In this document: piece after piece, positions 52,201-60,519 of the stretch | Layout: the number at the start of each line of letters is the position of its first letter | How positions within the stretch are numbered: the first letter of the stretch is position 1 | NCBI GenBank assembly: GCA_048128005.1 | Contig: JBEUKZ010000067.1 | Coordinates: 62,001-126,000, forward strand | Origin: Veleropilina oligotropha | Taxonomy: Eukaryota | Direction of reading: 5' to 3' | DNA length: 64,000 bases | The notes under the pieces: generated by a model | What the model was told of the DNA's origin: nothing | The model's input: the letters and a program-made list of their open reading frames with translations, nothing else | Databases searched by the model: none | Position numbers and translations under genes: made by a program

Positions 52201-52606
52201 ATGCGCGCGTGCGCAGTGGCCCGAACTATTTTTAGTATAAACACGGAATCGCGAGTTGTAACGTTGATACAACGGTATTCTAAGAGGCCTATTCTTATTT
52301 TCTAAAAAGACACGGATGATCTACTTCCGTTCAGATGATAGTATAATATTAAAAGTTAATTAATCAATGCGTTTTCCACATTTTATGATCGATTAACCAG
52401 AAGTTACTTCCCTTGAACGTTTCGGAAAATTACAAGTGATATTTCTGTTATTTCATCCTTATTTGTTCGAAGCTACTTACTGTGTCTTTTTTATTGTCAC
52501 TTTTACGGGAAAATAAGCTGGATATTTTGCTTGGTTTCTCGCTTTCGGTCAGCGAATTGCGTTCATTCGCTTTACGAGCTCGATAATCGGCCAACTGGGC
52601 CTCCAT
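43277..52606 (-). CDS. SAYSD1: SAYSvFN domain-containing protein 1; exons 52606-52481 and 43663-43277 (170 aa)
   Basis: Exon 1 MEAQLADYRARK...KKDT followed by gtaagt. Exon 2 follows a tttttcag acceptor in phase 0 and has a hydrophobic hairpin and SAYSVFNPNFERIDGTFTAEQFEREL. Confidence 0.92.
43906..44883. mobile_element. Helentron/HINE-like element with internal ~140-bp degenerate repeats
   Basis: Hairpin tatccccaggaacgaaagtgtccggggata at one end and cattctagtt at the other. Repeated gatcgctctagacag...caagatggccgc units. Confidence 0.65.
45682..45954. mobile_element. MITE (caggggcgga TIR), 5-bp TSD with one mismatch (AGACC/AGGCC)
   Basis: caggggcgga ... tccgcccctg. Confidence 0.7.
46285..47430 (+). 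CDS. DIRS ORF1 (gag-like)
   Basis: RPENC...KINPEIW...RSRDLKMQ, LNQRRREFLRPDL, LLFGSDL; first ORF of the element. Confidence 0.88.
   Translation: MADSILDRMAVDISTQEIKATAKGKSSGKASSKVPNKSTNVAGPSSSGNDSIEKPPNSSPEDNVSDIRLTVAKLSATMDIFMRKIMEEEETLSVPDTLLSSDSPPAETTPTDKRTAASGDALLTEMAAYYDTTESVAEKIEDKLAIVMNNLITNKLPEEKIKETMSLYSRPENCDKLVSTKINPEIWEKLQSSARSRDLKMQRMQTALLKSMTPILQVTSTLLGVSRAGETLTQEKMSLMTKSLIDSLALLANTNQDLNQRRREFLRPDLNEEYKELCSSQTTNGALLFGSDLPGQIKQISETNKLTTKLNSKRVAIQQRYGNHPYRPNYGAYRGHAAPYSNASHWKKSFRSAFLEKKPPVPQQRQSRPWNKNVRRPYQSQ
47391..49331 (+). CDS. DIRS reverse transcriptase - RNase H - Dam-like methyltransferase
   Basis: IDLKDAYF, LPNGLASAPRVFTK, YIDD; TDASNDGWG, HINFLEL, DNVTAVAYIN; DLFASRLN...YAFPPF...PNWPTQCWF. 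Confidence 0.95.
   Translation: MEQKCQEALPVAVNEQVNNVNNFYAGCIRDCYQHWTTLTTDKWILESVLGYNIELDTYPVQKIVPKPIPFSDDEHNIISDLILNMIDNGIIEQVTHIDKEFISNVFIRPKKNGTYRMILNLSSLNEFVTYHHFKMDSITTVINLMRPSCYMGSIDLKDAYFSVPINNESRTLLRFYWNTVLYQFTCLPNGLASAPRVFTKILKPLYSHVREQGHIACGYIDDSFIMADSKLNCSDSIQAVLTQFTSLGFCINNDKSILISTQRIEHLGFILDSVNMTVELPVRKKDKLSDKCRNVLSNTFVTIQNVAELLGLIVSSFPAVDYGLLYYRHLEYDKTVALKQQKGKFSASMILSLEAQTEIHWWLNSIHHSVRKLNRGSPQFVLTTDASNDGWGAVFDDDNTGGRWSTQEKNAHINFLELKAVFLGLQTYFVQMMDVNIKVKLDNVTAVAYINHMGGMKSPQCNALAKEIWLWCKSRSIWLTAAHLPGKENVLADCRSRVFHDQTEWKLHSETYNMIVCKFGTPDVDLFASRLNYQLRPYVSWMPDPGAIEVDALSIDWSTYKLCYAFPPFSLISLVLRKVELDNASAILILPNWPTQCWFPLLQRLLRRSTLQILWRRDLLTLPYKEGQHPLGKRLKLMACYVSGKP
49076..50281 (+). CDS. 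DIRS tyrosine recombinase (start codon uncertain)
   Basis: SAM-like N-terminus (WRKSTISQY) and catalytic R (AQRCQ), HSTR, GW, terminal YY. Confidence 0.93.
   Translation: MLCISSFQLNKPCSQESRTGQCLSDTYSAKLADTVLVPSPSETIAQVNPSDFMAQGLIDSTLQGGATPIGQTIKVDGLLCIRQALRERGLSEDTISLIMSSWRKSTISQYNTYINKWIKFCHDSNRDVCAPSVEGLLEFLNLLYTKGLRYSAINTARSAMSSFASVMVNESLGTNPLVIRLLRAVARNRPSLPRYHSIWDVGQVLTYFKKQLFVQYLPLYELTLRTVMLVALVSAQRCQSLHMLSLNNMTITNNQYCFTITGDYKQAKTGRDSLKIVLPAYPDDIRLCVFTTLNEYVMRTADLRHDDQLFISTVKPYRAVSRDTIARWIKSILTRAGVDTSIFKPHSTRSASVSTAMRNGADLQTILNAAGWSNETTFAHYYNKPLHVTVTKKLYATSLLM
51626..52125 (-). mobile_element. Non-autonomous Helitron containing a 148-bp palindrome (51680-51827)
   Basis: Minus-strand 3' end gagagctcccgaagggagctc hairpin then CTAG|T; long internal inverted repeat. 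Confidence 0.7.
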
Positions 52607-52937
52607 TTTACCTAGTCTCGCATCGTGTCAAATTCCCTTAAGTGCGACCGTGCGTTCAATAGGCAAAACGTTTTGTAGCGAAAAGTAACGTTTGCCCTAT
52701 TGAAATACAATTTACAGAGCGCTTTTTCACAAACTGTTTGCAAATGGCGAACAATCTTATGACGTGACTCGCGGCGTGATCAAAATGACGGACGAGTCCT
52801 TCTTCCTCTTCTTCTTCCAATGAAACGCAAATCTCTAAAAAGAGCAATGTCGCGAGTGTGCACGTGCTGGTGGTGGTCATCATGTGCAGAAAATATATAC
52901 AGTGATCGGTGACTATGTACATCGCTTGGCTGGGTTT

Positions 52938-54668
52938 CTACAGGAGTGTGTGGGTCCCGACCCTAGCTCGGAAAGCTTCTAGGGACGGAGTGCCAACCAG
53001 TGCTGCAGGGAGACTGTTCCACAGGACTGCTGTTGATGGGAAGTAGGAGGATTGGTAAGCCTTCGTTCTGCAGTAAAGTTGTCTGAAGACCTGTGAGTGA
53101 CCCCGAGTTGTGGTCAGGGCTTCTTGCAGGTAGGCGCATGGGTTGACGGCGACCAGGTTGTTGACCATCCGGTACATCATGGTGACCTTCGCCTTGGCTC
53201 TTCGTTCGGCGAGAGTGCTCCATCCAAGGTCGGCGAGCATCGGGGTGACACTGCTGGTGCGTTTGTAGTCTGCCATGGCGTGGCGAGCCGCCCTTCGTTG
53301 AACCATCTCCAGTTCATTTGCGATCTTGATGAAATTCGGAGCCCACACCGTAGATGCGTATTCCATCACTGGTTTCACAAGGGTTGTGTAGCAAGCAGCC
53401 TTGAGGTGTTTTGGGGCTTTCCGCAGGTTTCTCTGTAGAAAGGCTCTTGTGCCGTTTGCCTTGACCGCCGTGGAATGGACGTGGCGATTCCAGTTCAGCT
53501 TGCAGTCTAGGTGGACTCCGAGATACTTTGCCATTTTTACATCTTCGAGGACGTGGACGTGAATCTTGTATTGGGAGATGATCGGTTTCCGCTTGTTGGT
53601 GATGCGCAGGATCTGGCACTTGGACGGGTGAAACTCCATCAGCCAGTCGGATTCCCAGGTTTGGAACTTGTCGAGGTCCGCTTGGAGTATGGCGGCATCT
53701 GCTTTGGATTTTATGCGTCGGTAAAGTATGCAGTCGTCATCAAACAGTCTGGCCGTTGACGAGGCATGAGAGGGGAGGTCGTTGATGTAAACAAGGAAGA
53801 GTAGAGGACCGAGCACTGTACCTTGTGGGACTCCAAATGTGACATCCGATTGCTGAGATGTGCTGCCATCCAGGATCACCTGTTGTTTCCTGTTATGGAG
53901 GAACGACCTTATCCACTCAAGACTGTTGCCTCTGATGCCGTAGTGTTGTAACTTGAGGATGAGACAATGATTGTTGACTTTATCAAAAGCTTTGGCGAAG
54001 TCTAGCAGAATAAGGTCAATCTGCTCGCTGTCGTCTATTCCCTTCGCCAGGTCTTGGATAGCCAGAATTAGCTGTGTTTCGCAGGAAGGCTTCTTGCGGA
54101 ACCCGTGTTGGTAAGGCGTCAGAATGTTGTGGTGTTCCAAGTGGTTTATGATGTGAGAGTGAAGGATGTGTTCCAGGAACTTGCTGCATATACATGTTAA
54201 AGAGATAGGTCTATAGTTGGCCGCTGCTGATCGGTCGCCTTTCTTGAAAAGAGGGACTACATTTGCATTTCGCCAGTCTGTAGGTGTTGCTCCTTGGTGC
54301 AGAGATGCCTGGTAGAGGTGGGTGAGGATCGGGGCAAGTTCGGCTGACCGCTCTTTTAGGAGTCCGGCAGCTTTATAGGGCTTCAGCCCCGAAAGTAGTT
54401 TTTCGACTCCGGGTTCTGTCACGTGTACATCGCCGCATCTCGGGGTGGTGCTCTCGCCGAGGTCTGGTAGCGTGGTGTTTGTGTCGTGGCTGAACACGGA
54501 TGTGAACTGGCTGTTCAAGATCTCAGCTTTTTCCGCTGGTGTGCTTCGGGTAAGACCGTCTTGGCCACGTAACGGAGCGACCCCCGAGTTGTCACACTTC
54601 CTCCCCTTTATGTAGCTCCAGAAGCGTTTTGGGTTGGAGTTAAGTTCTGGGCACACGATATCCGTCAC
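52938..54668 (-). CDS. LINE reverse transcriptase (catalytic motif reads FDDD)
   Basis: NYRPISLT, QHGFR, LDFAKAFDKV, GVPQGTVLGPLLF, LFDDDC, KYLGV, VQRRAAR. Confidence 0.9.
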   Translation of the reverse strand: MTDIVCPELNSNPKRFWSYIKGRKCDNSGVAPLRGQDGLTRSTPAEKAEILNSQFTSVFSHDTNTTLPDLGESTTPRCGDVHVTEPGVEKLLSGLKPYKAAGLLKERSAELAPILTHLYQASLHQGATPTDWRNANVVPLFKKGDRSAAANYRPISLTCICSKFLEHILHSHIINHLEHHNILTPYQHGFRKKPSCETQLILAIQDLAKGIDDSEQIDLILLDFAKAFDKVNNHCLILKLQHYGIRGNSLEWIRSFLHNRKQQVILDGSTSQQSDVTFGVPQGTVLGPLLFLVYINDLPSHASSTARLFDDDCILYRRIKSKADAAILQADLDKFQTWESDWLMEFHPSKCQILRITNKRKPIISQYKIHVHVLEDVKMAKYLGVHLDCKLNWNRHVHSTAVKANGTRAFLQRNLRKAPKHLKAACYTTLVKPVMEYASTVWAPNFIKIANELEMVQRRAARHAMADYKRTSSVTPMLADLGWSTLAERRAKAKVTMMYRMVNNLVAVNPCAYLQEALTTTRGHSQVFRQLYCRTKAYQSSYFPSTAVLWNSLPAALVGTPSLEAFRARVGTHTLL

Positions 54669-54984
54669 GTAATTGTTGAAGGCTTTCCTGCATTCCTGTT
54701 GGATGGTCTTTTGAGTTTCTCGGAACTTGTCCCAGTCTTCTGGCCTGTTGTATTTCTTTGCTACTTTATGGAGTCGGTGGCGCTTGTTGGAAAGTCTTTT
54801 AATTGCTCTGTTTATCCACGGTTGATTGAAATGCGAAGATGATAGTTTGCTGGAGATATGCCTTAAAATTGCTATCAGCTCGATGACCTTGTCACGAAAG
54901 GTTTCCCAGAGTTCATCGATTGGTGTGTCCAGGCTTATCTGGGTGTAGCTTTTGCTGAAGAGCTCAAGTTCAGATCGGAGTTTC

Positions 54985-56163
54985 TCATTGTCTGCCTTCT
55001 TCCAGAGTAAGATGTCTTCTGGCTGGTTTACGTCTTGGTGGTTGTAGGTTAGTTTTTATGAAGACCATGTCATGGTCGCTGATGCCGGGGAGAGATGTGC
55101 ATTTGCTGATCAGGGTTGGTCGGTTAGTAAGAAACAAGTCCAAAGTGTTTGTTAGTCTCGTGGGGAAGTCGACAGTTTGGGTTAATCTTCTGCTGTTGAT
55201 CACGTCCAGAAACCGGTCACTTATAATCTTGGGGTAGCTGTATGAGGTGATCTGATGTGTGTGATTTTGCCAGTCGATATCAGGGACATTGAAGTCCCCC
55301 CCAAATAGAAAGATGGCGCTGGGATATTGGTCATGCAGTAAGTCAAGCTCGTTATAGAGGTTTGTCGAGTATTCAATGTTATTGTTAGGTGGGCGATACA
55401 AGCTGCCGATAATGACGGGTATTTTCGATCTGGTGACTATTTTGGCGAATATACTTTCTGTGTTATGTTGAGGTTTAATTTCTACGGGGTCGAGTTCACG
55501 TTTGATGGCAATTAGAACACCTCCGTATCCATTGGATCTGCCACCTCTGTAGACCTCATAGTTGTCAGGGAAAAGTTCGGAGTTTTTGGTCCCACTGTCC
55601 AGCCAGGTTTCTGATCCTAGTATTACGTCAGGGTGTGTCTTCTCTAACTCAACGTTGAGTTCGGGTATGTTGTACTTGATGCTGCGGAAATTAACTATCA
55701 GTAATCGTAACTCATTTAATTCCATCGGTTTCACCTGAATCGACTTTCTAGGCGACGACGAAAGTAGAGGAGAGCATATTGATGGTTCCACACTTGATAC
55801 TGAAGTGCGCGATAGGGCAGGTGAGTCAGGGGTTGGTGAGTTGAGCTGAGTCGTGGAATTGAGCGTGTCAAAGGAAGGTGTCGTGTCAAAGATGCTTGAC
55901 GAGAAGTTAGGCAATCCGCATTGAACACAGTGCCATGAAACGTTAGAGCTGGATAGACAGTCATATACAGCTGCGGTCATATCCAAGCAATCTGCGTGTT
56001 GCCAAAGCAAACAATCGTCACATGCGACTGCTTTCTGTCCGTACTTGACTGCCTTGTGACAGACCTGACAGGGGTACTTCAATGGTCTTGGTCCTGGGTT
56101 GCATTCTATGTCATTTGATAGTTGTGTAGCCAATGCTGCTAAGTACAGATGCACAGATTGCAT
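54985..56163 (-). CDS. LINE ORF2 N-terminal part: 2A-like motif, PHD finger, AP endonuclease
   Basis: NDIECNPGP; CQVC...CDDCLLWQHADC...WHCVQC; SETWL, YRPP, GDFN, LDLFLTN, SDH. Confidence 0.9.
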   Translation of the reverse strand: MQSVHLYLAALATQLSNDIECNPGPRPLKYPCQVCHKAVKYGQKAVACDDCLLWQHADCLDMTAAVYDCLSSSNVSWHCVQCGLPNFSSSIFDTTPSFDTLNSTTQLNSPTPDSPALSRTSVSSVEPSICSPLLSSSPRKSIQVKPMELNELRLLIVNFRSIKYNIPELNVELEKTHPDVILGSETWLDSGTKNSELFPDNYEVYRGGRSNGYGGVLIAIKRELDPVEIKPQHNTESIFAKIVTRSKIPVIIGSLYRPPNNNIEYSTNLYNELDLLHDQYPSAIFLFGGDFNVPDIDWQNHTHQITSYSYPKIISDRFLDVINSRRLTQTVDFPTRLTNTLDLFLTNRPTLISKCTSLPGISDHDMVFIKTNLQPPRRKPARRHLTLEEGRQ

Positions 56164-56447
56164 TTTGTAGGTAGTTTGGCCTTGTTTTGTGAATAAACAT
56201 CATGATTGTCACATACCTGGTTTTCTTCGTTTGCACTTGCAAACAGGTGAGTATTATATTGTATGATACCAGCAATAAACAGCATGTCCTTGAGGACAAT
56301 AGAATGACTGTGCACGAATAAAGCACAGACTGTCAAATTTATTTTGCAATTTTGGTGACATTTAGGAGTCACAAACTATTACTCAGAATCTTAATCCAAA
56401 TAATATATGTAAAATGATAAAAGTTTAATTTATCTGTATCTGCCATG

Positions 56448-57900
56448 TACCGGAAAAACCTCTATCATGAGTATAGCCTTCCGTGCTGGAGGAGTGCTTT
56501 TAGTCTTTGCTTAAATATTGCCCACAATTTTGGCGCACACAGTGTTGTTGGAAACAAATACGTAAGAAAATTCCAGTTGAAATAATGAGTTCCGAAAGAG
56601 TTATGTAAGCCCAGTTTTCTGTCTAAAATTCAGGTGTTTTTAGTGCACACTCTGGTATTTGTATTCAACTCGAGATGTAAGTCTACAGGTATATATGGCC
56701 AATGCATTAACCCCGGATCTAATGATCTTATAAAACAGAACTAGTCTCTGCTCACGTCAGCGTTCTTCGAGTGGTTTGAGACTCAATTTGATAAGTATTG
56801 ATGTACCGCTGCTGTCTCTTCTGTAGTCGGCACATATATGAACCTTGCAGTTCTGCAATTTTCCCCCGTACCACACCTGATTGGAACAACTCAAGGATGA
56901 CATCTGTGGCTGCTTTCCGTGCAGCTGTCAGGCTGCAGGACTAACAACACATAGCTGCTGCACTTTCTCTCCGATCGCATTTATGCCATAACCGGCCCTG
57001 CGGTGTAACTTTCAGATTCAGATGACAAATATAACAGCAGAGATAACATTTACACCCTAGTTAACATATTCCAGGACTGCTGCAATCCGTCATATCGGAC
57101 AATGTTCACCCAGTGATGAGAATATGAACTCGTTCGTTCATATTATCGATCGCCACGCACTAGGGTAGATCAAGGTAAGTTAGCATTATCTCTGCTACTA
57201 TATATGCCACCTTAATTTAAGTTCATATACTAAATCACCTTGACATACCCAAGCACATGGCGATAATAACTTTTTGGACCTTGCCATTGTGGCCTTGGAC
57301 ACAAAATCCAGGATTTTTGCTACACAATATCTCGGCTAATACATGCCAGCTTGATGAAATTTAGTATGCTAACTCTCCTACCCTAGGGTCCTGCAACATA
57401 ATTTATCGTGAACAACCTTTGACTTCGACAAAATTTCCATATTTAGACCTTTTTATAAGAGTTTTTAATTATTTTTGCATCCAAACAGCTAGTACAGTAT
57501 TTAACCACTGCTACTGGCAAGGTCAAGGTCACAGATATTAATTGGCAGTCTGATTGCTATATAAGACTTGGGTTCCCGACAGCTCTGCGGCTGTCAATTT
57601 TTGAATTTATTTTACAATGCGTTCATTGTCAAGCATTCAAAATATAGGACGGACAGAACATGTTCTGGGCAGGCTTCTCGAGTTCACTTCTCAAGGCTTC
57701 TGAAGTATCGACATATGAGAGGGGTTCTACGTTGTGCGTTAATCAGATACTTTCATTATATAAAATGATATCCACATCTTATGGTCGGTAACCATGTAAG
57801 AATCCAAACCACCACCACCTCGTGGTGTAGTCATCTGACGGTCAAGTGATCTCTGAATATACTAGAATCCACGATCAAGAATGACCCACTCACAAGGCAG
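56448..57900. repeat. Right arm of the inverted duplication
   Basis: Reverse complement of the blocks between 12430 and 22775, without the left-arm insertions. Confidence 0.9.
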
Positions 57901-58228
57901 AGCAGCAGGGGGGGGGGTGAATGCACTTTTTAGAATGGGAAAATAAGGCTCCCAGCACCTGTTCCGACACAACGTTAACTATATAGAGCCCCCAGGGACG
58001 GCCCACTACCCTCGTCGGCCCGGGCTCCTGTGTGTTAGTGAACAGACCTCAGCAGGGGGGGTGAATGCACTCTAAATGGAGCTTTTTTAGGGGTATGGAG
58101 TAAGCAGCAGCAGGGTCTGCGAATAGGGACTCTAATAGAGCTTGTTTGTTAGGCATAAAACCAGCAGCAGCAGGGGGGTGAATAGACTTTTTAGAATGGA
58201 AAAATAAGGCTCCCAGCGCCGTCCGAAA

Positions 58229-58432
58229 CTAGGGTAGCTTAGAATAGTGGAGAACTCCTTTGTTATTGCCTGCTGTCTTTTTCTTGAAGACTGCCTGTTC
58301 ACCATCGTCGTGTTCGATAACGAGGACGTCGTAGCCGGTGTTCAAGAGGGTCCTGATGCGTCGGGAACTTTTCGCGCCGCGCAACCTGGGGATGTCTCTC
58401 ATGATGACCATTTCAAAATACGCCACATCCAT
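58229..58432 (-). CDS. Small viral hypothetical protein (67 aa)
   Basis: ATG-started ORF co-oriented with the integrase, with coding-like composition. Confidence 0.5.
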   Translation of the reverse strand: MDVAYFEMVIMRDIPRLRGAKSSRRIRTLLNTGYDVLVIEHDDGEQAVFKKKTAGNNKGVLHYSKLP

Positions 58433-58517
58433 CTAACACGGCCAGCTATTTAGCGCCGATATAGTAGTATGTAGTAAGAGCCCTTAGGGACGGCCCGTTA
58501 CCCTCGCCGGCCCGGGC

Positions 58518-59771
58518 TCACGGTTCCTCACGAACAAACCCACGCGGTGGTCCATCAAGCAAGTAGTAGAGCACAGGCTCATCAGGTTTGGTGATGGATC
58601 GTCCAAGCCGGTGCACCGTCAAAGACCACACCGGGTCAGTCGCTCGCCGGCGACCACCCTCCAACTCACCGGGTTGGTATATATATCGAACATCTACGTC
58701 AGAGGGGAGCTTCGTCTCCTTGACGCCATACCCCTGTCGGCCTGGAACAGTGGAAGATGGATTTTGTGCAACGCGAGGCGCCTTGATGGCGTCCTTGGGC
58801 TTTTTACCGGTGAGGCGGGTCACTTCCCCATTCAAGGCCGCAACAACGGCGGGCAGCCTGGCCACCCACTCAGTCGACCTTTGACCCTCTTTTGCAGTCC
58901 CTGCAAAACGCATCTCTTTTGCATACTGGTGCCCGAAGAGCCGCTCAGCGAGCGTCCGGTTGAAGCGCTCCACGATCCCTTGATCGCGATGGATATCCAC
59001 ACGGCCACGCCTAACCTCGACGTTATATTTAGCCAGCAGCTGGGACACCGCGCCCATAAACTCCCTCCCTGGGTCGACTTGAAGCAGTTTCGGCCAGCTA
59101 AGAGGACTCCGCCTGTAGGTTCGAGACAGAGCTTCAGCAACCCCTTTGGCCTCTTTTGTGGCCAGAGGCTCAGCCTCTTTGTAGCGTGAGGCCACGTCAA
59201 CAACCGTCAGCGCATACTTGTAGCTCCGCTGCTTTCGTGCCAAGCCCACTGTGTCGTGGGGCAGAAACAGGAGGTCGGCTTGGTGAACCTCGTTCGGCGT
59301 TACGACGTCGAATTTTGGTATTGGAATCCGCCGTGGCGCAGGTAAGTAGATTTGCCAGATGGCCTGCTTCTTCAGCCAATCCCGGGCCACGTCTTCAGAG
59401 ACATCTACTGCGGCCGAGAGATGTTTTATCACGGCGATCCCTTTCCAGTAGCCTCGGGGGCTATAGTAGCCATTCGCAAGCTTCCGGTCGAGTTCTTTAG
59501 CCGTCAGGGGGGGGGGGGCTTCTGTTTCTTCGCTGCCATCGAGGCTTGCGAGGTATTCCAGCAACGTGATCAGTCTCCAACAGGCTTCAGCTTCCGCCTC
59601 CGGAAGCTGCCCAGTCGTCGCCCGTATGTTGGTCGGGCCCCCGGAGAGCACCATGACCGCGAACCGCACCATAGTCTTTTCGTTGTGCCGCCAGCAGTCG
59701 AGTGACGTAGTACCAAGGGCGGCAAGGCCCACCTCTAGCATAGCACAGTACAGCTCTTCTGGGAGCCCCAT
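58518..59771 (-). CDS. Retroviral-like (rve) DDE integrase of Polinton type, with an N-terminal extension
   Basis: YYSPRGYW, HQADLL, VVDVASRY, LQVDPGREF, QGIVERFNRTL, RRATDPVWS, GFVREE. Confidence 0.92.
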   Translation of the reverse strand: MGLPEELYCAMLEVGLAALGTTSLDCWRHNEKTMVRFAVMVLSGGPTNIRATTGQLPEAEAEACWRLITLLEYLASLDGSEETEAPPPLTAKELDRKLANGYYSPRGYWKGIAVIKHLSAAVDVSEDVARDWLKKQAIWQIYLPAPRRIPIPKFDVVTPNEVHQADLLFLPHDTVGLARKQRSYKYALTVVDVASRYKEAEPLATKEAKGVAEALSRTYRRSPLSWPKLLQVDPGREFMGAVSQLLAKYNVEVRRGRVDIHRDQGIVERFNRTLAERLFGHQYAKEMRFAGTAKEGQRSTEWVARLPAVVAALNGEVTRLTGKKPKDAIKAPRVAQNPSSTVPGRQGYGVKETKLPSDVDVRYIYQPGELEGGRRRATDPVWSLTVHRLGRSITKPDEPVLYYLLDGPPRGFVREEP

Positions 59772-59806
59772 TATATAGGCACACGAAAAAAAATGTCCAC
59801 TGGAAA

Positions 59807-60231
59807 TTAGGGTAGGAGCTTGTAGGCTACCAACCCAGTCGCAGCCATCCCCAGGATGACGAAGGTGATCTCACGCTTTTTCTGGTCATCGCTCGGCGTG
59901 TAGTAGTCGGACAGGGCCCACCCCCCAGGGCGGCGGGGTCGAGGTTCTTGCCGGTGATCAATGCATACTCACGGATCGCGGCGTCAACATCCCGGAACGT
60001 GCCAACGGCATGACCCTGGCGGCGAAGTTCAACATTAAGCCAATCGAGACGCTCTGCCCTCTTTTGGGATCATGTAGTCTGAGCGGCCTGGACCTGCTCT
60101 ACGGCTTTGTCGTGGCGTTTACGCTCCTCATCAACACCGGAGCTGCGTAGCTTCGAGAACAGGAAGTTTGACCTGCTGAAGGCGAGGGCGTTGACGAGAG
60201 CGCCCCCAACCAGCATCGCAATGGAAGCCAT
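59807..60231 (-). pseudogene. Small viral membrane/coiled-coil protein, disrupted
   Basis: MASIAMLVGGALVNALAFS...EERKRHDKAVEQ, in-frame TGA at 60072-60070, frameshift near 59930, C-terminal hydrophobic segment ITFVILGMAATGLVAYK. Confidence 0.65.
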
Positions 60232-60261
60232 TGAAGTGCTGCGATTATCTAGCAGGTCCCA

Positions 60262-60507
60262 CTACTTCAAAACGTCGGCCGGAATGATGCCTTGCTTGAT
60301 CAGCATGTCCTTCGTCGCCATGGCGAGCACTACGTCGAGGACGACCATCCCCACGTCGTAACCCATGAAGTCCAGCTTGGGACTTAATCCGACTCACTTG
60401 AAGGCCATCTTTACCAGGCGTGAGTAGCCAATGGCGAGGCCTGACACTATGGCCGAGTGATAGACGGCATTGCCGAGCATTTTTCCATCAGTAATCGGGG
60501 TAGTCAT
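60262..60507 (-). pseudogene. Small two-TM viral protein (81 codons) with one in-frame stop
   Basis: MTTPITDGKMLGNAVYHSAIVSGLAIGYSRL...*...LAMATKDMLIKQGIIPADVLK; TGA at 60396-60394. Confidence 0.65.
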
Positions 60508-60519
60508 GTTGTACTGCTA

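Larger units (their letters stand above)
52797..56200 (-). mobile_element. Near full-length CR1/L2-group LINE (2A-PHD-APE-RT) with a GAA-rich tail; 5' boundary approximate
   Basis: ORFs 54985-56163 and 52938-54668 are separated by a frameshift near 55010. Tail ggaagaagaagaggaagaagga at ~52797-52818. Confidence 0.9.
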
